Assembly: GCF_009914755.1 (NCBI RefSeq)
Contig: NC_060932.1
Source: the human T2T-CHM13v2.0 reference genome, Homo sapiens
Reading direction: 5' to 3' (one strand)
DNA length: 64,000 bases
Below the pieces are notes generated by a model that was given only the letters and a program-made list of their open reading frames with translations, had not been told where the DNA came from and searched no databases. The position numbers and the translations under genes were made by a program. Each line of letters opens with the position of its first letter. The first letter of the stretch is position 1. Below are positions 18,483 through 32,650 of this stretch, in pieces.

Positions 18483-18649
18483 GGACTCAATCCTAAGTAT
18501 ATGAAAGGCCATATCTGAAAAGGATACCAATTGGATCTCTATTGCTCTAGATGGCAGAATTAGACATGAAGTGGGAGTATTAGAGTTGGACTAGATGAAG
18601 TTTAAGCTTCTTTCATTCTGCTGTTATTATTAAACTATAGAATATGAGT

Positions 18650-19170
18650 TACTAAGGACTTACTATGAACCAAACTTTGTGCTGATCAAATCTTTCTGTC
18701 CATTCTGAGGTCGATACTGCTATTATGACCATTTACTGTTCTTTACAAATGGAGGCCTGCTCTTGCACAGTGTCACATTGCTGTTAAGTAGCAGGACAGG
18801 ATCCCAGACCATCACACTCCAAAGCCACCCAATCTAGCTTTTAACCATTGAGTAGCCTACAATACAAATGATAAAATAACTCCATTTACCAATAGAAAAT
18901 CACACAGAAGAAAACGAAAATACTAATAACCATATTACCACCATCATTTATTTTTCTATGTACCAGTTCTCTCCATAGATTGTCAGAGTTAATCTTCACT
19001 TCAAGCCAAGGTAGGCATTATTATGCCCATGTTACAGATAAAGAAAAAGGCTCAAAAAGCCTTCCTCAAACTCAGACAGTGACTAAAAACATGTGGGGAA
19101 CAGGATTCAAACCAACCTCTGAGTTATTTCAAATGCAAATCTTTTATGTCAATTACAATGCACTCCAACT
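18650..19170 (-). mobile_element. Two MIR fragments
   Basis: MIR-core-like text at ~18650-18850 and ~18930-19170 (cccatgttacagataaagaaaaaggctca). Confidence 0.5.
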
Positions 19171-20569
19171 AGGCTCTGACTTGGCTCAGGCCCTGGGATC
19201 TGATAGACTTCAAAATCCTCTGAAACTGACCACATTTCCCAGGGAGGGCCACACAGAATGCAGACACTGCCTTTAAGAGAGAAAAAGACGCAAGGAGAGC
19301 AAATTCTATGAAATGAAATCAGGCTTTCCACTACCAAATCCTGTGCCATTCGGCAAGAACTCAGGGAGCCCCACTACGCGCTAGTCCCAGGGAACACACA
19401 GAGCAACAAGCAAAAGGAAACCCCACTCCCCTGGACCCTACATTCTAGTGCAGGGAGACTGAAGGAACCAACCTCCAATATAACACATCAAGTCAAAAAA
19501 AAAAAAACAAAAAACAGTGAAGGGGCAGGGGAACAGGGGTGGAGGGTTGAGTGCTGTTTCAGAATCAATGATCAGGCTGGGCTTGGGTTTAAACTGCTGC
19601 AAAGGAGCACAGAAGACCTGCTAGCTATACATCCAGCAGGTCCTGCAGTCTTGACTACAGCCTGGTATTTCCTTGCTTTTCACTGGAGGAAAGGGTGGAC
19701 CGCAGTGCTAATTACAAACAGGTCAAAGGGAAAAAAAAATACAAAATCTTTTTCCTTGACCAGAAGGGAAGCAGTTACCATGCACTGTTGCCATGGCATT
19801 GGAGAAAGAGAAAAAGCGACATTCTAAGTACCAGAGTATGAAAAGAAACACAACAGTGAGGAAAGGACAAGAGGCTGGCAGAGGTTTCACTCCCTGCAGT
19901 GCTGAGGCCTGCTGGGTGGCAGGTGGGAAGCAAAGCTTTCAAAAGGGACAAGGGTTGGAAGGGTGGGGAAGAGGAAAAGCTCAGAGCTATTAAGGAAAAG
20001 GTCTCTGCCTAGTCCCCCCGTTTTCTACATCCCTAATACATCAGGGTACTTAATAAAATAGTTGCAGAAAAATAAAAATAAAAGAACACCAAGTTTCTGA
20101 AATGCACAGAATAATTCTAGATAAACATTTTCTGAAATTTTTTTTTTTTTTTTTTTTGCCAATATGTACCATAGGCTTCAGCCAGCTAACTTACTACTGA
20201 TGTGATTCTGTATGGCTCAGGAGTAGAAGGCTATAATTGGTGGGATGGAAGGCATATGCTAAAAGTCACGCAGAAGAGCGTTTGTAGCCGATTTCTGCCA
20301 TTTACAACTATGGAACTAGAGATAAGTCACTTGGCTTACCCAAGTCCCTCATTCTTTATCCATAAGATTAAAATAGAAAGAGTAAAAGAGATAACAAGTA
20401 TAAAGGTTGACTTATGATAGTAAATTAATAAACATTCATTCCTTTCCTGCAACAGTTCCAGTATCTTTTGCTCTAATACCATCAGTGTTGGGAAGGTTCA
20501 TTCCACTGTTAGATAACTGATTTTACAAAATTTTAAAAATTGCACATATAGTCAAAATCCTTCTTAAGG

Positions 20570-21270
20570 CATGAACAGGCAATTCACAAAGGAAGAAATA
20601 CTAACTGCAAATAAACATATGGAAAATGTCTCAATGCTAACTCATAAAAAAAAATACACATTGGCCAAGAGTTTTAAAAATAATATTATGTAATATCATT
20701 GGTTATTGAGAAATAGGCACCCTGACATACCCTGATGGTCAACCTACTTTTATCATTCTTCTAGAGAGACAGAAAATACGAATCAATGCCTTAAAAATGT
20801 ATATTCCCTTCCATCCACCATTTACACTTCTAAGAAATTTCCAGAGAAAATAATAAATGGATGCTCTTGACAGCATTGTAATGAAAAACTGTAAGCAACA
20901 AAAGTCCCACCATTCACATAAACTATAATATCACCATAAAATGTAAAATACAGTCATTAAAATGCTTATACTAGAAAGACATTTGCAATGCATAGGAGAA
21001 TTCAAAATCTAATTTCTTTATTTTACAGAGAGCTTATAAAAATTATTAAAAATAAAACTATCCAATAAAACCACGAAGACAGTTCACAAAAAAAGAAATA
21101 CAAATGCCCAATAAAGATACATTGTATAACCTTATTATTAAATAAATTACAAATTACATTGAAATACTATTTTTCACCAATTAAAAATTGTAGCATCTGT
21201 GATACCCAGGACTAGAAAGGTACAGTGACACAGGCAATTTCATACCCTTGTGGTAGGAGTATATGTGGAC
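20570..21270 (+). mobile_element. Old L1 (L1ME) 3' fragments
   Basis: catgaacaggcaattcacaaaggaagaaatac, and again agacagttcacaaaaaaagaaatacaaatgcccaataaa. Confidence 0.55.
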
Positions 21271-21339
21271 ATTACTAATGTTTACCAATACCAAGGCTTT
21301 CTCCATCTCTGACCCCCTTGAAGCTGGGAATATGTAGTT

Positions 21340-21520
21340 AGCAGTAGCCAAGTTCCAAAAGGGTCCAAATCACAGATTTCACTTACTACATGACACAAGA
21401 ACTATTTAACCTCATTATGTCTTAATGTCTTCAAAGGTAAAACAGGGATAATAACAATAATCTACCTCATAGGGATATTTTGAGAATTCAAGCATAGTGC
21501 ATGGCACGCAGTATTACTAA
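21340..21520 (+). mobile_element. MIR fragment
   Basis: tatttaacctc...gtaaaacagggataataac...tctacctcataggg. Confidence 0.55.
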
Positions 21521-21844
21521 TAATAATATAAATCACAGATCGTACTATGTAGCAGGCACTGTTCTATGCATTTATCCATAGTAGCTGATTTTATCACTCA
21601 ATAAACAGTACCATTAGTATGACAATATTGCCGCATTGCTTGTAATTGCAAATATCTGAAAACAATCAAATTGTCCATCAATAGTTAAGGGGACAGTTAA
21701 ACCAAAGTATACAAAGGACGTATATGTGGCTGTTATAGAGAATGAGGTAGTTCTGTACATGCTGATAGAGAAAGATTTTTTAAAAAATAGAGAAAGACTA
21801 TTGTTTGACTTTGTTTTTAAAGTCTAACGGTATGAGTGTGGTTA

Positions 21845-22310
<466 letters not shown>

Positions 22311-24801
22311 TTACTAATCATTTTAACATGTCACATGGACTGAGAGATAATGGGCCTTTTTATTTTCTTTATGCTTATCTGTATTTAAAAAGATAGAGAG
22401 ATTTGTCTTTTGAAAATACAAAATTGTATTCTGATATGAGAGATGTATAGAACATGTCATATGAGAAATGTTAGTAAAAAACAGTATATACAGCCCAAAG
22501 TCATTTTTATTAAAATATATTTAATGTTATGTAAATAAGTGTACATTAAAAATTTAGACATGCACTAAAATATTACCAGTGGTCTCTCTGGGAGATGGAT
22601 TATAAATTATTTATATTTTCTTCTTTTTACTTATCCCTATTTTCTGATTTTCCTAAAATCAACACACATTACTTATGCAATAAGATTTTAACTGTCGTAA
22701 TTTATTTCCAAGCATAGAAGTCACAAAGGAAGAGGTTAAACTGAGAGGCTTCCAATGATGTAACCAGAGATGGACTTTTGAGCAAAAACAAGTGAACAAT
22801 ACATGATTTACTGAGAACCCATACGTTCGATATCATGACGCTAGCAAGGAAAACAGCAATTGATCATCAGTACCTAAGACTGCCATTCTCCATTGGGCCA
22901 GGCTCCCACCTGACTTTAGGGAGGAATTTGAAAGCCAGAATCTCGCCCCAGGTAAATGCAATAGGAGCCAAAGCAGGTAACACAGCTCAGAGCTGAAGTT
23001 TGCTGAAAAGGCCAGAGGGCACTGCCTGCAAGGCTAAAAGCAACACTGCACGTCCACACGCTGGGTTTCAACACTTTTTTCACAGCAGCAAATCCATAAC
23101 GGACTCTGAGTGAACTGGGAAAGAATAACTAAAACATTCAAAATACTTCCAGAAAATCATTTTGCATGATGACTTCTCTTACTATGTCCAGCTCTGAGTA
23201 AGCAAGGAAGGTCACAGGATTTTGTTCAGATTTGGAAGTAGAAAGGGAAACGTGAGGTTATACTCAGGAAATCCTTTTGCTAAGATTCAAAAAATCTGAA
23301 AATTAACAAATTCTAAAACATGCACCTTTCAATTTGCCCCTCCTCTCCTTAACATCTCTCCATAACCTGAGATGGCTACATCTATGGTTGGACTGGACTA
23401 GAGGCAATAAACACAGACACAGTAACCTCAACATGGGGTTTACAGCGCAGGAATGAGGAGGAGCCAGTGGCAGGTATAGAATGTTCCCACACCTCAACCA
23501 CTGCCAGGCTCCGCAGCTCACTGATGCAGCAGACACTGCTTCAGAGCACTGCTTTATTGGTACCACTTCTGAGAAGCAGCAAAGCAGACATACGTCTTTC
23601 TCTATCATCTTCTCTGTCTCTCAATCCCTCTCAATGACAATGACTCATTCTCTCTTTCAACCTCTCTCCCTTCCTCTCTCCTACCCTCTACCCTCATTCC
23701 CACCCCCTTATCACTACACTAAGGCCAGCAAGAAGCCACAACCACAGAAGAGCTTCCAGGCAGCAGTGAAGCAGTTCAGTCTCAAAGAAAGCCAGACAGG
23801 AGTCCAGATGCCTGTGTTCCTTCTGGAGTTCGCTATATGACCTCACTATAATCCCTTTACCACTGTGGGCTTATTTTCTCATCTGGAGGACGAATGGGTA
23901 AGAAGAGACTTCTGAGGTCTTTTTCCTGCTTTAAAATTCTGTGATTTCACAATAACTGAATACAGTCACTAAACGGGAAACCACCAAGACACTGGGGGGC
24001 GGCCAGCACATAGCCATCTTTGTTGTATTTTTCATTGCAGGCTTCCAAAATGTCTGTTGCCAAGAAGTATATCCAACTAGACCCTCGGCCCATGTTTTAA
24101 TTTTTATACACTGTAATTAAAAGCAGAATGACTTGCTTTCACTTTGGATTATGTAATTTCTTTCTATTCATAATGAGCAGCTCTTACATGATGCCAAGTG
24201 AGTTTTCTCTTAGGGAGCACATTCTTACTCAACCAGAGAACTGTTGGCATTTGGATTAATAGAATCAATAGTATCTTTCATTCCAAAACCAGAAATTGCT
24301 GTTTTGATATGGTCTGCCCACAGTTCTTCCAAGGAAAATATTTTTATTATTTTACTACTAATATCTCCTTACAGCTTATACATGAGTGAAGCATTTATTT
24401 TTATATTAAATAAATCATGCTCTTTAAAATAAAAATGAATATATTCTTCTTGTTAGAGCTCGGAGTTGAGGCCAGTGACTGGCCAATGAACTCACAAGTG
24501 TAGACAGGGTGTTACGCAAGGGACAAGTTTTTCACTAACACCACAAGAGTCTCTGGCCCAATGAGAGGAGTTTAATAGAAATTCTTGCTACAACTAAAAG
24601 AAAGAAAAGAACAAATAAAAGAATATACTCTCCTACTGTAAAATCTACTTAAGAAAAAGTAGGTTATCAGGTCTTTATTGCAGAAAGTGGTTTTTATTTC
24701 TTCTCTGCTGTGGAAACAAACCTCCAAATCATTGAAAGGTGGAACAGTATCCTTCTACAGAAATCAGATTTAATCTTGACAGAATTAAATAAGAATCACT
24801 C

Positions 24802-24853
24802 ATTATACACTGATCTATGTTTTGGCAATTATACACTGATCTATGTTTTAGCA
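24802..24853. repeat. Tandem duplication, 2 x 26 bp
   Basis: attatacactgatctatgtttt(g/a)gca twice, one mismatch. Confidence 0.95.
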
Positions 24854-25258
24854 GATATTATGGAAAACTCAAAGGTGTAACAGGTTCTCTGCCCTGCAAA
24901 GAGTTTACAATCTCATATGGAAATCAAATGTACACACATGATAAATGCTACTTAAAGACCTACTGTCTGCCAAACACTATGGAAGGCACGAGGTATGTGA
25001 GTGAGACTCCACCTCTGCCAAAAAGTTCCTCACAAGCTGGTGAGAAAGCCAGACCTGAGTAACCCAGACAGTGCTAATCTCCCAGGATCACCTCCGCTGC
25101 ACTTAGAGTGGGAAGTCCAGTGGCTTTCCTAAGAATGTGGTGGCTTCCAGGGTAGACAGACAGGGAAGGAGATGGAGGTAGCTTATCTTATGGTCACCTC
25201 TTGTCATTTCTCATCTCCTGGAGGTATTCCCTCTCTGTCAAGTGAAAGTAGCACCTAG

Positions 25259-25301
25259 TTGGGTTGGTTGGTTGGTTCGTTGGTTGGTTGGTTGGTTGGG
25301 T
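25259..25301. repeat. (TTGG)n microsatellite
   Basis: Directly visible. Confidence 0.95.
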
Positions 25302-25620
25302 TTTATCAGTCTGACAATCTTTTATCTTTTAATTGGTACATTTAGAACATACACATTTAATATAATTACAAATACATTAGGGTTTACATCTACCATCTTA
25401 TTTGTGCTATTCATCTCATCTATTTTATCCTTCTCTCCTTTCTTGCCTCTTTTTGACTTAGTTTTGTTTTTATTTTTCCCTCTCTCCCTCCACACACGCT
25501 CAAGTTTAGATGCTATATGCTGCTTTTGGGCTTTCATTATCCTAGAAATTACAATAAACATATCCAACTGATCAAAGTGTAAAGTTAATCAGTTATTTGA
25601 CGCTTCTGCCTGATCTTAAA
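25302..25620 (-). mobile_element. Old L1 fragment at the start of ORF2
   Basis: ORF 25322-25567 ends IILNVYVLNVPIKR, like the L1 ORF2 endonuclease N-terminus (LTLNVNGLNAPIKR). Confidence 0.7.
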
Positions 25621-25689
25621 ACACCTGAATACTATTTACACCCTTCACCATCCCCACTCCTAATTCGGAACACTGAGTGCTTCCGCCAC

Positions 25690-26055
25690 AGTGAACCTCT
25701 TTCAGTTCCCTGAACTCTTTTCACAGCTTCTGATCGCTGGTCTTCGCACTTAGCTACTCCCCCAACTGGAATACCACCCTCTTCTCCTCACACCCTCTTC
25801 CCAACCTGGCTAAATCTTTTACACCTCTCAGGTCCTAGTTTCAGAGTTATTTGCACCCTGGCTCCCCTGTCCCTGCTCCCCTCCCCCGTGAGTTTCCCTT
25901 TGTTATGTCTGTCTTCCCTCCTAGACATTAAGTTAAAACAGTCAATGACTGCTGGGCACCTAGGCTGTAACATAAGGGTCCACCAGGACACTGCTAGCCC
26001 TCAGCACCACATAATGGATACTCAATAAATATTTGTTGAATGAACAGATGAATGA
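25690..26055 (+). mobile_element. L2 3' fragment
   Basis: Ends actcaataaatatttgttgaatgaacagatgaatgaa, the L2 terminus. Confidence 0.65.
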
Positions 26056-26169
26056 AATATAGTGGTTTCAAGACATGTAAAAATCAGGAAAGACGCAAGA
26101 AAAGTCACAGGTCACCCCCCAACACACATACAAAAAAAGTCCACTCATTATTGAAGCAGAAAGACTACT

Positions 26170-26380
26170 ATGGTGATTTAAAGAGTGCAGGCTCCAGTGC
26201 CAGACTAAATGAATTGAAGCCCAGATTCTATCACTTACTAGTGGGTGACCTTGGATAAGGTACTCAACATCCCTGTGTCTTTGGAAAATAGAGATAACCA
26301 TAAAACAAACTCATCAGGTTGTTATAAGGAACAAGTAAGCTAGCACTTGAAAAGTATTTAGAAGACTTCCTGTTAAGATT
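26170..26380 (+). mobile_element. MIR
   Basis: cacttactagtgggtgaccttggataag core. Confidence 0.6.
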
Positions 26381-26389
26381 CTGTATATA

Positions 26390-29072
26390 CAGGCATACTC
26401 TGGAGATTGTGTGGGTTCAATTCCAGACCACAACAATACAGTGAATATCACAATAAAGCAAACATCACAATAAAGTGAATCACTCCAGTGATTCACTGTG
26501 AATATAAAAGTTGTTGACACTATACTGCAGTCTATTAACTGTGGAAGAGCATTCTGTCTAAAAAGAAAACAATGTCAATGTACACATCTTGATTAAAAAA
26601 TACTTTATTGCTAAAAAAAATACTGACAATCATCTGAGGCTTCAGTAAGTTGTAATCTTTTTGCTGATGGAAGGTCTTTCCTCATTACTGATGGCTGCTG
26701 ACTGATCAGGGTGGTAGCTGCTGAAGGCTGAGGTGGCTGTGGCAACTTAAAAAATAAGACAAAAATGAAGTTTGTCACATCAATGGTCTCTTAAGACAAA
26801 AGATTTCTCTGTAGCATACAATGTTGTTTGACAGCATCTTACCCACAGTAGAGCTTCTTTCAAATCTGAAGTCAATCCTCTCAAACCCTACACTACTTTA
26901 TCAACTAAGTTTATGGAATATTCTAAATCCTTTGTTATCATCTGAACAATGTTCACAGCATCTTCACCAGGAGTAAATCCCATCTCAAGAAACCACTTTC
27001 TTTGTTCATTCATAAGAAGCTACTCCTCATCCACTAATGGTGCATCCTGGAATTGTAGTAATTCAGTCATATCATCAGGCTCCATTTTTAATTCTAGTTC
27101 TCTTGCTATTTCCATCAAATCTGTAGCTACTTTCTCCACTGCAGTCTTGAACTCACCCCTAAAGTTATCCATGAGGGTTGGAATCAACTTCTTCTAAACT
27201 CCTGTTCATGTTAGTATTTTGATGTCCTCCAATGAATCACAAATGTTCTTAATGGCATCTAGAATGGTGAATTCTTTTCAGAAGGCTTTCAATTGACTTT
27301 GCCCACATCCATCAGATAAATTACTATCTATAGCAGCTACAGACTTATGAAATATATTTCTTAAATAATAAGACTCAAAAGTCAAAATTACTCCTTGAGT
27401 CATTGGTTGCAGAATGAATGCTGAGTTAACAGGCATGAAAACAACATACATCTCCTTGTAGATTTACATAAGCGCTCTTGGGTGACTAGGTGCATGGCTG
27501 AAGAGCAGTGATATTCTGAAATAAATATTCTTCTAAGCAGCAGGCCTCAACAGTTGGCTTCAAATATTCAGTAAACCATGCTGCTAATAGACGTCCTGTC
27601 ATACAGGCTTGGTAGTTACATTTATAGAGCACAAGTAGAGTAGATCTAGCATAATTCTGAAGGGCCCTAGGATTTTTAGAATGGTAAATGAGCAATGGCT
27701 TCAACTTCAAGTCACCAGCTGCATTAGCCCCTAACAAGAGTCAGCCTGTCTTTTGAAGCTTTGAAGCCAGGCATTGACTTCTCTGTAGCTATGTAAGTTC
27801 CAGACGGCATCTTTTCCCAATAGAAGGCTGTTTTGTCTACATTGAAACTGTGATGTTTAGCATAGCCTCAGTCATCAATGGTCTTAGCTAGATCTTCTGA
27901 ATAACTTGATGCAGCTTCTACATGAGCAATTGCTGCTTCACCTTTATGTTATAAAGATGGCCTCCTTCCTTAAACCTTATGAACCAATGTCTGCTAGCTT
28001 CCAATTTTTCTTCTGCAGCTTCCTTACCTCTACCTCTCTCAGCCAAGAATTGGAGGCTTGCTCTGAATTAGGTTTTGTTTTACGTGAATGTTGTAGTGAT
28101 TTGATCTTCCATTCAGATGACTCAGATTTGCTCCATATCAGCAATAAGGCTTCTGCTTTCTTATCTTTCACATATTCACTGAAGAAGCACTTTGAATTTC
28201 CTTCCAGAACTTTTCTTTTATATCCACAACTTGGCTAACTGTTGGTGCAAGAGACCTAGCTTTTGGCCTGGCTTCAACACGCCCTTCTCACTAAGCTTAA
28301 TCATTTATTTGATTTCAAGTGAAAAACATGCAACTGTTCCTTCCACGTGAACACTTAGAGGCCATTATATAGTTATGAATTGGATTAATTTCATATTGTT
28401 GTGTCTCAGGGAATAGCGGGACAGGGGAAGGACCAGTCGTGGAGCAGCCAAAACATACGACAATTTTTAAGTTCTCCATCTTACATGGACACAGTTCTTG
28501 GTGTCCCAAAGCAATTACAAGAGTAACATCAAAAATCACTGACTGGTGCAGTGGCTCATGCCTGTAATCCTACCATTTTGGGACGCTGAGGCAAGAGGAT
28601 TGCTTGAGTCCAGGAGCTGGAGACTAGCCAGGGCAACATAGCCAGACGCCGTCTCTACAAAAAAAAAAATGTTTTAACCGGCTGGATATGGTGGCATGCG
28701 CTGTAGTCCCAGCTACTAAGGAGGCTGAGACAGGAGGATCATCTGAGCCCAAAAAAGTTCAAGATTGCAGTGAAATATGATTGTGCTACCATACTCCAGC
28801 CTGGGCAACAAAGTGAGACACTATCTCATTATTTAAAAAAAAAAAAAAAAAATCACTGATCGCAGATCATAACAATAGGTATAATAATAATAATGAGAAA
28901 GTTTAAAATATCGCAAGAATTACAAAAAGGTGACAGAGAGACACAAAGTGAGCACAGTGGGAAAATGATGCTGAAAGACTTGCTCCACACAAAGTTGCCA
29001 CAACCCTTCAATTAAAATAATAATAATAATAATAATAATATCTACAAAGCACAATAAAACAAGCTATGCCTA
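26390..29072 (-). mobile_element. Near full-length Tigger1 DNA transposon (pogo family), transposase disrupted
   Basis: TA|caggcatac left end and tatgccta right end; ORF fragment [33 protein letters not shown] (27486-27737) matches Tigger1 DDE transposase; ~2.36 kb after removing the Alu. Confidence 0.93.
28543..28850 (+). mobile_element. AluJ nested in Tigger1
   Basis: Dimer, poly(A), TSD aaaaatcactga. Confidence 0.92.
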
Positions 29073-29752
29073 CATGTTTACAATAGAGCTGACTCTCTAG
29101 TTGTTAAACCACATAACTGAACTACACAATTCTCAACAGATCCTTACTTAAAGCCCAGGTATTCATACATTAAAATGATCCTAACATAATGTCTTTACAT
29201 TATGGTACAAATTTATAGCCCATGAAGACAACATCACTGCATTAAAATATTTGAAAACAATCAACCAGAATTATTTTAAAAAGTTAAACAGTATTAAGTG
29301 CATACATTAAAAATACCAAAAAAATGGGGCAGTAATACATTTTTTAAAGAATGCTCTCAAAAAATGTTATCAAAGAAACTATTTGAGCATTTGAAGGAAC
29401 AACTTTCAGTTTTTAAAATGAGGCCACAATATAATTTTGTGAATTTTGTAGTCTTACCAAATTGTATTATAATTCCTTAATTGTAGCTACAAAAATGTTG
29501 AGGTTTTTAAATTTTTTCACATTTGAAATTTTCCAAATAATAAAAGTAAATATTCACTATTATCCCATAAGACAGACAAAAAAGATCATACTTCTGCCAA
29601 CCTGACTGTGGGGTAGTACGGCCAAGCTGCAGTGCACAAGGCAAAGACCTTGGAGGCTGTGAAGGCAGCCAGTTTCCCCTCATAGATCCACCAACTTAAC
29701 CAGCTCAATGTCACCAGGAAATGGTCCTAACCCTGACCCATCACGCTTCGCT

Positions 29753-30052
29753 TTTTTGTTTTGGCGGTGGGGGGACAGAGTCTCACTCTGTTGCCCAGGC
29801 TGGAGTACGGTAGCGTCATCTTGGATCACTACAACCTCTGCCCTCCAGGTTCAAGCGATTCTCGTGTCTCAGTCTCCGGAGTAGCTGGGATTGCAGGTGC
29901 CCGCCACCACACCCGGCTAATTTTTATATTTTTAGTGGAGATGGGGTTTCGCCATGTTGGCCAGGTTGGTCTCGAATTCCTGAGCTCAAATGATCTGCCC
30001 GCCTTGACCTCCCAAAGTGCTGGGATTACAGGCGTGAGTCACCGCGCCCGGT
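29753..30052 (-). mobile_element. Alu (AluS type)
   Basis: Full dimer, degraded tail. Confidence 0.92.
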
Positions 30053-31734
30053 CATCCTTTGCTTTTATAGAGTGGAGGGCTGCCCTGTCTTTACCTGGTT
30101 CTGGAACTGAAACACTATACCTCCTGTAAAATTATGAGCCTTTGGAGTCTCATTAAAATGAACAAACACAAGCACAGAGGTCTGCATATAGAATATCTGG
30201 AGCCCTAAATTCCCTAATACTTAAGAATACAATCACTGTCCTATTGTGTTTCTTGCTTATTTATCCTAATAGGAAGGCACCAGGAATTCCCTAGTTAAGA
30301 GATGATATAAAACATATTTTGAATGAAAGCTGCAATAAAGCTACAAACTATGATTTGGGGTCTTTGCTTAAGTCTGAGATACTTGGGGACTTTATCATGA
30401 AACATTAGTTTACTTGTCTTTTGTCAAGAGTAATTGCCTAAACTTGAATAGAAATATGAGCTTTTTCAGTTAAACATACTCCTAAAAATAGCATTTTCTT
30501 CTGGGATTTGACTACTAAAAGCAGGCATTTCAATGAAGTCAATGGCACTTATCAGTAAAAAATCATTTTTTAAGTTGTAATGAGATCTTTTCTTTCTAAA
30601 TATTAAAATATTAGAATGATGTATTTCATTTTCCTAGAAGCCAAATAAATATTTCCTATTTAGTTTGGACATTCATGGATACTTTTTTTAATGGATACTT
30701 TCTAACTCTAAATTAATAGTATTATATTATAATTACATTTTATTATTATAGTTTGCTGTCAATATCCTACCTCACTTTGTTACTCAAAGTTCTATTTAAA
30801 GACCAAGATTACAGTTGTATCTAAAATTCCTAGGTCACAAAATGTAGGGTAGCACAGCAGTAGAACCTTAAAATACACATTGGATAATGATGTAACAAAA
30901 CCTCATTAACTTAGATTAATTGTGCAAGGTCAAAATGAATTTAGGAGTTTTATCTTAAAAAGAAAATAATTTTGATGCTTTCACATACAGAGAATAACTG
31001 AAATTGGATTAACAGTAGAGGTCCCTGGAGAAACTGCATTAATGAATAGATATAAATGACTGTCATTAGAACTTCAGTTATCAAGTTTTCAAAGGCACAT
31101 AAATTGTTTTCGCCCCTTGGTGTTAAGTTTTTCACTTGTTTTTGTTAGTGCTTTTATTTTGCCTTTACTGTCAAATACTGGGTACCTCATATGAGTTGCA
31201 CTGTGTTTCTGATTTAATTCCCAGAACACGCTTGCAAGGTTGGTATTATTACCCCATTTTGTATCCGAAAGATACACTCAAGGATCAGGGAATTCAGTAA
31301 GGTCTCTCTGGCTTTTTCTGCTTCACTACACATTCTCAGGAAGTCCATAAGCTCTTTCTTGAGATAAAATGGTCTCAGCAAAAAAAAAAAAAAAGTTCAA
31401 TGTTTGAAAAAAAAAATCTCACAAGCATTTTATTAATGGTGCTGTATTTCCTTATCCGGTCAGCAGATATATTACTATGGCTCTTTTTGAAGAGTTAGAC
31501 ACTTCACTTATCGCTGAATGCCCCTAAAGTATTCTTTAAACCCAACGGGCTAACGTAGCCATTTGCAAACTGGGTACAAAAGAGAGTACTCCATTAAGGG
31601 AAGACCAAGATGAGGCAGAACAAAGAGCCAGCAGTGGGCAGATAAGGAACTTCTTCCCACGCCTAATCCATGAGGACTTGAGGAAAAAAATAAACTCACT
31701 TTTCTGGACCTCACACACCGTGGGCCTACTTTAA

Positions 31735-31864
31735 CCCATTTATGCTTAGTGTTCCATTAATGGAACGCTAAGCTTGTGGGAGTTATGTATATCCTACTGC
31801 TCAAGGTCATCGCCAAGGTCTGATCTTTTCACAAAAAAAATTTGCAACCTCCGGCACAAATGGG
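31735..31864 (+). mobile_element. MER85 (PGBD3-derived piggyBac MITE)
   Basis: TTAA|cccatttatgc...gcacaaatggg|TTAA; internal GTTCCATTAATGGAAC and ctgctcaaggtcatcgccaaggtctgat. Confidence 0.93.
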
Positions 31865-32047
31865 TTAATGGTGCCGTCACAGGGAGGCGAACAACATACT
31901 ATGCATAATAGTGCTTTGCAAACTATACCTAATAATTTGGTAAAACATTTTCACTCCACCCTTTTGTTTTTAAAAGATATACAACACTCACGGTATTATT
32001 TATTATGTTTTAGAAGAAAATTTTTTGAGGTTTAGCTTAAATTTTAA

Positions 32048-32365
<318 letters not shown>

Positions 32366-32372
32366 AATCTCT

Positions 32373-32650
32373 GCCTGTAATCCCAGTACTTTGAAAGGAC
32401 AAGGCAGAGGATCATTTGAAGCCAGGAGTTCAAGACCACCCTGGGCAACACAGTGAAACCCCATCTCTACAGATAATTTTTAAAAGTCAGCCAGGTGTGG
32501 TGGCACGTGCTATAGTCCTAGCTACATAGGAGGCTGAGGTGAGAGAATCACCTGAGCCCAAGAGGCAGCAGTGAGCCGTGACTGCATCACTGCACTCCGG
32601 CCTAGGCAACAGAGCAAGACCCTGTCTCAAAAAAAAAGAAAAAGAAAGAA
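32373..32650 (+). mobile_element. AluJ, 5'-truncated
   Basis: gcctgtaatcccagtac...gcaagaccctgtctc, A-rich tail. Confidence 0.9.

Noticed and set aside
23989-24002. CTCF-like ACACTGGGGGGCGG
   Set aside because: Mismatches at key core positions; one weak match is not enough support.
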